Assembly (NCBI RefSeq): GCF_006345805.1
Contig: NC_043003.1
Span: 68,324,001-68,388,000 of the forward strand
From: Octopus sinensis
Lineage: Eukaryota
DNA length: 64,000 nucleotides
Reading direction: 5' to 3'
A model generated the notes under the pieces. That model had not been told where the DNA came from, searched no databases, and saw only the letters and a program-made list of their open reading frames with translations. Within the stretch, counting starts at the first letter, position 1. Each line of letters opens with the position of its first letter. This document shows, in pieces, positions 54,050 to 64,000 of this stretch. The position numbers were made by a program, and so were the translations under genes.

Positions 54050-56020
54050 TATTTCGGTACCTTTTTGAACATTTTTAGCCCGATATTATTTATTCTTCCC
54101 TACATACACCGTAGTTTTCCAAACCCAATATTCAGTATGATGCTCCACGTTTTGTAATCAACTATCTCTGTCCTTTCGTAGCAGCTAGCGCCTGTCGCTG
54201 TTACTTCTATTTGCTGCAACTATCTTTGGGAATCTACCATGCAACTCCTTCTCCTGCCAGTCAGATAATTTCTGTTCTTTTCTGTTTTGGAGGTTTTGGT
54301 TTCCCTATGTCTTCCTGTGACCCAACCAGCTTTTAATAAACATTTTTCACTACTACCTACACAAGAGTCTATATCTACTCTAGCTAAAACACGCAGTCTT
54401 CTGGATTTTACTTCATTTAGAAATGTTTTGTCTATATATATAACAGAGCATGCGTTCCCCTAGCCTTCTTCTTGTTACTTATCTGTTTTTCTGGCAGTAA
54501 ATTCTGCTTGTCAAGGTGATCGTAAATGCTTTCTAAAAAACATTCTGGTTAACAGTTTCCACACTAATGGTCTATAGTTGCTAGCTGTATTACCCTTGCC
54601 CTTATCTTTCCCAATGAATATTGCGCCCCCTCTAGTTATTCAATCTAGTATTATTCCTCCATTAAGGCAATCCTAAAGTTGTTCCCTCAGCCTCCCATGT
54701 AAACTACTGAATTTCTTTAGCCAGTACCCTTGAACTAAATCTAGTCCTGGGCCTTTCCAATTCAGCATTTTTCCTAAAACTTTACACATTAGTGCACTAG
54801 TTAGTCTTAGGTCTGACTGTTTCTTACTATTTCTTTCCTCACTTTCTTTAATCATACTGCATCTCCATTATGATTGACTAGCTGATCCCAAATATTGCTC
54901 CAGGAATGTCTAGCTTCTTCTGCATTAGGTTTCCCATCTTCAGTACTTCGTTTTCCACTATTTATTTGGCTATAACATTTCCTCTGGTCTGTCTCGGATA
55001 ACCTATTCTCTTGATACTGATGTATTTTTCTGAGCTTGCCTGCTATTGCTATGATACGCTATTCCAACTCTTCTATGACTGTCCCAAATCATTTCTCTTT
55101 GATTAAGTATCTTTTTTCAAAGGAAGATTTGCATTTTGCGTTTCCTAACTTGTTCAGTTTCTAGGCTTCTATACTATTTAATCTACAGGATTAATTGAAA
55201 TCAGTGTGAATAAACAGATCTTGTTTTAATGCCTTCACTTTATTTTGTAGTCTCCTTATCTACATTTGCTCTTTTTAATATTTTCCTGTGATATTTCTAG
55301 TCTTCTAATGACTACTACCGCACCTGCATAGAACAATATGTTGGTATCTCCCATATTTTTAGTGCCTATCCTACTGATAACAGATTTCACTTTTTTAGTC
55401 ATTGCTAGCAGCTTCCTTCTGTTGGTGCTATTTAAAGCTAGCAATATATTTCTTACTTCTTTACTCATTAATTTCTGCAACTCATCTAAAGTACTCAGAT
55501 CTTCCTCACTTGAATCACCTAAGACGCAGGTGACAGTTGTTCCTTCCTTATTGGTTGCGCTATTATTATTTTTATCATTTTAGTTCATCTTTGGTTTGAG
55601 TTGTATCTCTTATGTTGTTGCTTGTCTTTACTATTGCCTGGTCTTTCTTTTCGACTTCTCATGTGATCTCTTTAACATCCAATTCTGTCAACCACTTTCT
55701 TCTCTTAATACCATTAGCTTGATCTACTAATCTCTGATCAGTCACTTTAAACATACTCTTCTCTAATCAAAGTGTTAACAACTATATCTATAGCCCATTC
55801 TCTTAGTTTCGATTTCAAAGTAGCACTGCATCTCAATCCTGTTTTCTTCGCTGGTCCACTCCCTCCTCATTATTATCTGCTGATGATGTACTAGGTTAAC
55901 AGACGTGGGTAGCTGTATCTTTACTGAACCCTTGCCGAGAGAGAGGCCATCCTTTAAAGGCCGAACTTCATTTTCGTTGATACAATCAGAATTGCTTCGG
56001 AAACTCCTTTCTCTCATAAA
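54050..56020 (-). mobile_element. Internally deleted, decayed R4/Dong-clade element including the ORF N-terminus
   Basis: RREWTSEENRIEMQCY, QRLVDQANGIKRRKWLTEL, DTNILFYAGAVVV, NWKGPGLDLVQGYWLKKFSSLH, SNYRP..WKLLT. Confidence 0.9.
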
Positions 56021-57075
56021 CTAAGGTAAGGTATCGTTCGTCACCAACGTCATTGCCACTATTGTTTCCCGACATCTGATAGGTTCAGGCAGCATTATAT
56101 TGCAAAATTGGTTGCACCTTTGTACTAGTTGGGTGGGGTGCTGCATTTTTTCGTGGGGGGAATTTCTATTGCATCAGTAGGTTTTGTTATTCTGTTTGTT
56201 CCGAGTCTTGTGTTATATTAGTCTTCGTATTGTATTTTGGTTGTGCAGCGTAGATTTTGTTCTGTCGGGTATCAACCTTCTATGGCACATGTGGGCTTTG
56301 TTCATTTTGTTGGGTATGTAGGGTATGAATTTATTGCTGCATGTTTTTGGAGGAGTGTTGCACAGTCGTGTGTGTAAATCATAAGTCAACTATTTCACAG
56401 TATTCATGGTTATCTGTCCACCGTTCTTTCTCTTTTGGTTGCATTTGTTATGTTTTCTTTTTACAGCATTTACTTTTTTAACTGAACACAGTCCATGGAC
56501 ATGTACTGATGTTTCTTTCGTAGTTATAATAATTATTGAAGTATCAGCCAGAGACCGAGAAGAAACAGCAATGTGCATATGGAGAGAGGTCCTGTACAAA
56601 TATGGATGTATATGTAATTAAAATTTTTAATTCTATTCACAAGTTTGCAGTTATAGATCTATTGCAGTGTTTATATTTTTACGCATATATTACGATTCTA
56701 ACGGCAAGCTATTTTTATAAGGTATATATATATATATATAATATATATATATATTATATATATATATATATATACTTCATATAGAAAATTGTTTCAGTTT
56801 CCTAAGATGGCTTACATCTTTTTTTCATTGTTTCCGCGAATTCTTCATTCCTGCTTCGTGATCGTTTCACATTTTATCTATCTTCCTGTAAGCACGCTGT
56901 CACGCATCCATGCTGTTTGGCTTTCGCTGCGGTCTTCTTCTTCTTCTTCTTTTTCTTTTCTTCTTCTCTTCTTCTTCTTCTTCTTCTTCTTCTTCTTCTT
57001 CTTCTTCTTCTTCTTCTTCTTCTTCTTCTTCTTTTTATTATTTTTATTATCATTTATTATTTTGTGTTTTTTGTG

Positions 57076-57578
57076 TGAGAGCAGTGCATGCCATCAAAGT
57101 GACACGGGGGTAAAATATACGAAGCCCAGTATACCCATCATGACTACCCGTCTGATAAGGGTACGCTAGGCATATGCATCACAACCATATGTGCGCGACA
57201 TGGTGATAAATAACACATGGCTTTGCAGGTGGGGCCCAGTTAGATTTTTTCTTCTGGTTGAGTAACCCATGCTGCTCAAAAGGTCCCTGAATAAGGGTTG
57301 TTTAAGGATGCTGAAGGAAACATCCATGTTTCCAGAGGTGAATTATTCAGATCCCAAAGAGCTCCTCTCAACACATGGCTATGATGCTCCCCTACTACTT
57401 CTGCTCGTGATCAGAGATGCTTATATCGTCAGCCACTAAGGGACATACTCAACTGGTTAAGGTCAAACAACTGACAAGCAAATCTGTGGTATTGAGTAGA
57501 ATATTTGCTGTGGCCCATCTTTTATACCAAGACAAAACAATGTACATGAAACACTTCCAATAAGTTAAGATCAGCCCC
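57076..57578 (-). mobile_element. About 500-bp non-coding interspersed repeat between (CTT)/(ATT) tracts
   Basis: Sharp compositional block bounded by ATT-rich repeats; single copy in this window, so family and strand are inferred. Confidence 0.4.
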
Positions 57579-57659
<81 letters not shown>

Positions 57660-57886
57660 ATTATTTCCGTCTTTCTCAAATTTTCTTACATTTCTCGCCG
57701 AGTGTTTTCCGTACACCTAAGGGAGAGAATCTCATTGTATGCCTTCCCAGATTACGCACGCAAATTCACAGGTAAAATATCTATTAAAAAAAAATGAGTA
57801 AATAAATTAATGGATGGATGTTGTTTTCACAGCGATAATGCTCCTCTCAGTACATGAGCCGTTCAAGTTAACACGATTTTTTGCAC

Positions 57887-57950
<64 letters not shown>

Positions 57951-58143
57951 CATCATTATTATTATTATTATTATTATTCAGTCAGCCACCTGTCAGGCTC
58001 TTAAACGCGCCGTTCAAGAAATTAGCAGAATTTCTTCCAATTCACTAAGTTCTGAAATCCGTTGAAGTCGACTTTAATAATAATAATAATGATAATAATA
58101 ATAATAATAATAATAGTAATAATAATAATAATATTAATAATAA

Positions 58144-58174
<31 letters not shown>

Positions 58175-58854
58175 AAAAATTTGTGGGGAGAGGATTCTCC
58201 TCCTGCATAATTTCGTGACGTCTGTTTTCCATATTTGTAAGTTGTGGGGCTAGAAATGAGCTTTCATTGCCATACCTACCAGCACTGAATACACAGAGTA
58301 AAGTAAACCTGTGTAGAGTCATGACTAAGTCTTTCCTTCCTTCACCTCCGCTTCCTCCATCTACACAAGGGCACAAGCATACAAGCACATGCATACACAC
58401 TCACACAAATATACTTTGATGTATATATATATATATATATATAAAGAGAGAGAGATAGGAAGAGGGTGTAACAAAATGGCCGTGAAAGAAACAGATTACG
58501 TGAGGTTACTTTCAGGCATTACTTCGTTACATCTTCACTGCAGGCTGTGTTAAGCAAAGATTATAAGATTATCTCGATACTCGAAAGGAGCAAATCATGA
58601 AAGCTAGAAGCCAATCAATCTGTCAATCTATCTGTCTATTCAAATATCTACCTATCTATACATTTATGTGTGTACATATATATAGATATATATATATATA
58701 TATATATGTAGTAAATATATATACATATATACATGTATATATATATATATTATATATATATATATACATATGTAGACACACACAAACGCACACTCTTACA
58801 CACACATGCACACAAACACAAACACACACCGACACACACACAATTATACATATA

Positions 58855-59002
<148 letters not shown>

Positions 59003-59085
59003 ATATTATATATATATATATATACATATAAATATATATATATATTTCCTCTGTCTTCCCTTCTCTGGATCTTTCTTTCTCCTAT

Positions 59086-59120
59086 GTTTCTGACGAAGAG
59101 CTCTGCTCGAAACGTTAAAC
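59086..59120 (+). ncRNA. Minimal type I hammerhead motif in a PLE-like 3' tail
   Basis: GTTT-CTGACGA-A-GAGC(TCT)GCTC-GAAA-CGTT^AAAC; follows a (TA)n tract and precedes a T-rich tail. Confidence 0.75.
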
Positions 59121-59689
59121 CCTCCTTCTTTCCTGAGCATCCAATAATACTATATTCGTTCCACGTCCTCGCGTTGTTATGTTTTTTTTTTGTGCTTTCA
59201 TATTTTGATTAACTATATGGATGCATTTACCGAATTATTTTGTAATGCTCCCCCAAATTACGAACAGCCTATGCTTCAGCTGCGCTGCGCATATCCACTC
59301 GCATGTGCAGCGGAAAACATGAAAGAATAATATTACCGAATGATATTGTTTTCCTTTCATCAGGCATTTGATCCAGCTTCACAATGTTATATCCCAACTT
59401 GTTTATACTTTTGCTCCTTTAACCCTCGCGGTAAATCTAACAGCGGTTTATTAAAGGTTTCTATCTTCCTCACCTGAACGTCTCTGTGTTTGTGTCTTTG
59501 TGTAGATCTGCGTGTGTGTGTATGTACATGTATGCTTGCGTCTGTTACATTATTTTGTATATTTAATGTGTATATAATGGTGTAATGTACACTTACGTTT
59601 GAAATCAGTTGTTTCACTTTGTCCTCTTATTTACGTCTGTATTGTTACAAATGGACAGATATACCCTCGAACACGCACATGCGGATCGT

Positions 59690-60062
59690 AGCACTTCGTC
59701 GGTTACGACGACGAGCGTTCCAGTTGATCCGATCAACCGAACAGCCTGCTCGTGAAACTAACGTGTAAGTGGCTGAGCATTTCACAGTGAAGTGTACTCT
59801 TAACGTAGTCCTCGGAGAGATTCAGCGTGACACAGTGTGTGACAAGGCTGGCCCTTTGAAATAGAGGTACAGCAGAAACAGAAAGAAAGTGTGAGAGAAA
59901 GTTGTGGTGAAACAATACAGCAGGTTTCTTCACCAGCCCTTGCATGTGCCCCGTGGGTCTTTAGGCATTTTCGCTCGATAAACACTCACAAGGCCTAGTC
60001 TGGGAATCGAAACCGCGATCCCACGACCGCGAGTCCGCTGTCCTAACCACAGGGCCATTGCA
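59690..60062 (-). mobile_element. SINE family C
   Basis: Reverse complement of 42415-42786; head GGTTAGGACAGCGGACTCGCGGTC...GGTTTCGATTCCC. Confidence 0.9.
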
Positions 60063-60373
60063 CCTCCACACATACACACGTAGACGAGCGCAGGCACTCA
60101 CAGATATCAATTTGTCGATGTGCGTGTATGTGTGAAGTGTGTATTGATCGTGGCATCCACAATTATTCGAACAATGGATGTGTCCAGTCAATTGGGCAGC
60201 AGTATCCAATTGCTAAATTTATTTGCATCATACTTTCCAACGTGACTTATAAATTATAAGAAGAAAACTTAGTTGTTTTTCTACCAGAGTAAACCTAGAT
60301 AGTTTCCTTCCTCGCCTCTTTACCCCTGTACCCCTGTTTCTCATATATGATGTTAATATCATAATGACTCCAT

Positions 60374-60780
60374 AAGGCGGCGAGCTGTGGCAAAATGCGT
60401 GACGGCATTTCGTCTGTCTGCACGCACTCGGTTCAAATTCCACCGAGATCGACTTTGTTTTCATTCTTTCGGCAGTCGATAAATTAAATACAACCTATGC
60501 CCTGGGGGTCGATGTAATCGTCTAGAACTGTGTCCACACCTCACAATAGCTAGTCTTATGCCAAAATTTGAATCCAATATTATCATGATTCTAAAGTTGG
60601 CGAGTAGGCAGAATCATTAGCACGCCGGGCAACATGTTTAGCGGCATTTCATCTATCTTTATGTTCTGAGTTCAAATTCCACCGTGATCGACTTTGCCTT
60701 TCATCTTTTCGAATCCTTGGTCCGCTATAATCGACTTACTTCCTTCTCTGAAACTGTTGCTCTTGTGCTAAAGTTTGACA
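60374..60780 (+). mobile_element. Two adjacent family B SINE monomers
   Basis: GGCGAG..G..GTTCAAATTCCACCG..ATCGACTTTG starting at about 60374 and 60598. Confidence 0.85.
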
Positions 60781-61129
60781 TCATTATTATCACGATTCCA
60801 TCTTACATGAAAATACTACTGAAAACTTAATAAAACGTTATAATCGCCTGTACCATTTCAATTCTACTTCTTAATTTGACTTGTTCTTAGAAATTTGTTT
60901 AGTATTTTGTATATAATTTATATTTTTTGAGTGGGTTTTATAGCGTGAACTGCATTCGAAAACAATAAATTGAATACGACGTAATGATACGTTGTGAATT
61001 CTACTCGTTTACATATGCTCACATAAAATTATAACCTGTATTTAAATGATGTATTTATATACTCAGTTATGGACTTGGTGTTGCACAGAGGAAAAAATAA
61101 AGGACTCAAACATTACTGTTACTGCTGCC

Positions 61130-61350
61130 AAATATTTGTTTCTAATTATCACATAAGACCAGCAAGTTATGTGAGTGGGTGTAAGTCAAATGCTCAACAA
61201 CGTTCAACACCAATGCTCAACTGGTATTTATGTTTATCGATCCCGGAATGGTTGAAAGTCAAATACGTCCTTCACGGAATTTGAACTGAAAACGTAAAGG
61301 TCAATGCACTACCTCGAAGCATTGTGCGTGGGGTGCTAACGACTCGCCGA
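61130..61350 (-). mobile_element. Family B SINE, decayed
   Basis: CAACTGGTATTTA..TTATCGA..GGAATTTGAACT. Confidence 0.7.
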
Positions 61351-62649
61351 TCTACTTTTGGCAAATATTAAGAAGAAATATATTCGATTCTGCATACTTT
61401 TCATTGTTATAAATATATTTTCTTTCGCTATATTTTTATTTTAAAACTAAAAAAAAATGATTATATATAGAGGAAAGCGCTAAAAAATCTTGCGGTTTTG
61501 GAAATTTCCCCAAATATATAGATCGTAAAATAAATATTGTTTTGATTGGAGTTTAATTTAGTAATTCCAGACAATTTCAACTTATCGTAGTTATGTCTTA
61601 TTTTGGATGAAAATGTCTTAATGCCAAAAAATGAGTAAGAAGAACGTTGAGAAAATCCATCAGAACTATAATTTTCTATTTTCTTCTTTTTGATCAGGGA
61701 ACATTTTAAATTACAATATGTCTGCTGATAAAAGTAAACGATTATATTTCTTTTCCGAATTTAATAGACTTTCATGTCTTTGCATGAGATTAAATTTCCG
61801 ACAAAAATCTAAAATTTAGAATTGAAGTATTATTGAATCAAGAAAAATGTAGCAGACATCTTAAAAGAAGCTTATTGAAAGCATGCAAGTAAAAAGTAAA
61901 TCCGAAATGTCTTAATGCATACACGATTAGAATTACACATACGTAATTGGGAATGTTACATATTAACGTCTCTAAAGCACAAAAAGTTCTTGCATTCGAA
62001 AAGTTCTTACATTAAGAGTAAAATTTAATGGCATGCTTTTGAGTGTATTTGTCTGTTAGACTGGATGCGAAATAAAGTTATTTACAGAAATCTGTTTATC
62101 TGATTTTTCTTCTCTCTATTGATAAGTTTTTATGTTTTGTCTCAGTCATAGATTGTGGTTTTGCTAGGACACTACTTGGAAAGGTTTAGCCAAACAAATC
62201 GACTTCATTACTTAATCTTATTTTATAGTCTGGTACATACTCTATCGATCCTTTGTTCCCGGACAGCATTCTTACGTTGACGTAAATAAACGATCACCAG
62301 TTGCCAAGGAGGATTCAGAGGACAAGCACAAAAATACAAACGTACATACACACACTCACACATATACACGCACACACGTAAGTATAGATATTTTCGTAAA
62401 CAAAAATCTCACTCACGGGACATTGGCTGGCCCTGAGCTGTAGTAGAACTCCCATACGCGCAGTGGAACCGAATACACAGTCACGCAGGGGAATCCAGCC
62501 AAAGGTGTAATGAAGAACCGCATGGAGGCGGTGACCGATATAGTCTGACCACACGACTCTCCATAACTCTCGGCAGAGAAAATGAATGAATGATTACCTA
62601 CAGTTTGTCGAAGTTTCTGATATAAAATAGTAAGGGAATATTTAATTGC

Positions 62650-62754
62650 AGTAAAGATTATTTGCCAATGTAACATGGCAGTTCTTGTTTAGGACGAATG
62701 TTGCTGTAATTTAGCCCCAGGACTGCCATGTTATGTTGGCAGATAATCTTTACT
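62650..62754 (+). other. 36-bp inverted repeat hairpin with 33-nt loop
   Basis: 62650-62685 pairs with 62719-62754. Confidence 0.9.
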
Positions 62755-62825
62755 CCAAAGTGCTGTTGCTGAATATCTCTCGCTGTGAGATTTACAAATG
62801 GGAATTTTCTGATATTTAATTATTT

Positions 62826-63057
62826 TATTCTTTTTTACTCTTTTACTTGTTTCAGTCATTTGACTGCGGCCATGCTGGAGCACCACCTTTATTCGAGCAA
62901 TCGATCCCAGGACTTATTTTTGGAAGCTTAGTACTACTTATTCTATCGGATTTCTTTTGCCGAACCGCTAAGTTACGGGGACGTAAACACATAGCCATCG
63001 GTTGTCAAACGATGTTGTAAGTGGGGCAAACATAGACATACAAACATATACACAAAC

Positions 63058-63097
<40 letters not shown>

Positions 63098-63262
63098 CTA
63101 CGAAGGGCTTATTTCAGTTTCTGTCTACCAAATCCACTCACGAAGCTTTGGTCGGCCTGAGGCTATGGTAGAAGACGCTTGCCCAAGGTGTCACGCAGTG
63201 GAAATGAACTCGGAACCATGTGGTTGGTAAGCAAGTTCCTTACCACACAGGCACTCCTGCGT
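62826..63262 (-). mobile_element. SINE family A, full length
   Basis: All motifs in reverse complement, including the (TAAAAGAG)-like tail. Confidence 0.93.
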
Positions 63263-63909
63263 TTGATAATGTCTTAGTATCTATAAAAAGGTTAATGGAA
63301 TTTTACGGATATTATGGTTATATAGATAGTGTTGGGTCTTTGGAATTTCGATTTACAAGCCAAAAGATAAACCAAAGATCAAAATTTATAACTGAGAGCA
63401 AATGGACCTCAGCAACTTCGACAAACTGTAGCTAATCATTCATTTATTTTCTCTGCCGAGAGTTATGTACATTCGTATGGTCAAACTATTCAAGTACGTC
63501 AGAGACAACTGTCATTACACCGTTTAGCTGGATTCCAATGCGTGACTGTACAGTCCCAACTGAAATGTGGACATTATCTGACCAGGTTATGTTTGATGTA
63601 CACTTATGTTTCCTTCCGGTTGACTCAGGCTTAAAAATCCCTCTTGCATTCCTGTGGCATTCCAATTATATCAGTCTTAGTAAAGGATTTGTGATGTCTA
63701 AATATGGAGAAGTAGGTGTTCAACAAAACTATTTTCGCCCACATCAGCGAGGGATAGCAAGGGATGCATTCAGATTTTAGCGACAAGGGTCCGTTTGAAA
63801 AACATATATTGCAGGCTGTAAGCCAAAGCTTGTGCAACGAGCAAGCTGCTCTGGGAAACGTGAGATGGAAGCACAAAGAATACAGGAATGATAATTATTA
63901 TAATTTCTA

Positions 63910-64000
63910 CTCTAGGTGGGGAAAGAGGCTAGTCGATTACATCGACCCTAATCTATAACGGGTATTTATTTCATTGATCCGAAAGGATGAAAGGCAAAGT
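63910..64000 (-). mobile_element. Family B SINE 3' part, cut by the window end
   Basis: GTCGATTACATCGACCC..CCGAAAGGATGAAAGGCAAAGT. Confidence 0.85.

Overview
AT-rich animal genomic DNA, most likely an octopus (inferred from its SINE families and microsatellite load). I found no host protein-coding exon I can support, so the window looks intronic or intergenic. Most long ORFs in the track are (TA)n, (TG)n, (ATT)n or (CTT)n translations. Contents: many copies of four tRNA-type SINE families; one nearly intact DD34D mariner (13864-15159) and several decayed Tc1/mariner copies; a non-autonomous Helitron; non-LTR fragments (L1/Tx1-like ORF1, a cluster of R4/Dong pieces, a HERO-like C-terminus); two Penelope-like (PLE, Neptune-type) GIY-YIG fragments; and several local duplications or templated insertions. 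The most notable signal is a set of non-coding hammerhead-ribozyme (HHR) elements. (1) A 490-bp tandem plus inverted array at 40384-41780 carries a complete type I HHR with an unusually long, G-U-rich stem II (retrozyme-like; predicted 490-nt self-cleaved, possibly circular RNA). (2) A head-to-head tRNA-head + (AAT)n + HHR element lies at 18432-18969. (3) Further minimal or variant HHRs occur at about 8.2, 36.1-36.3 and 59.1 kb. All pairings were read by eye; no folding or database search was run. Coordinates of decayed repeats are approximate.
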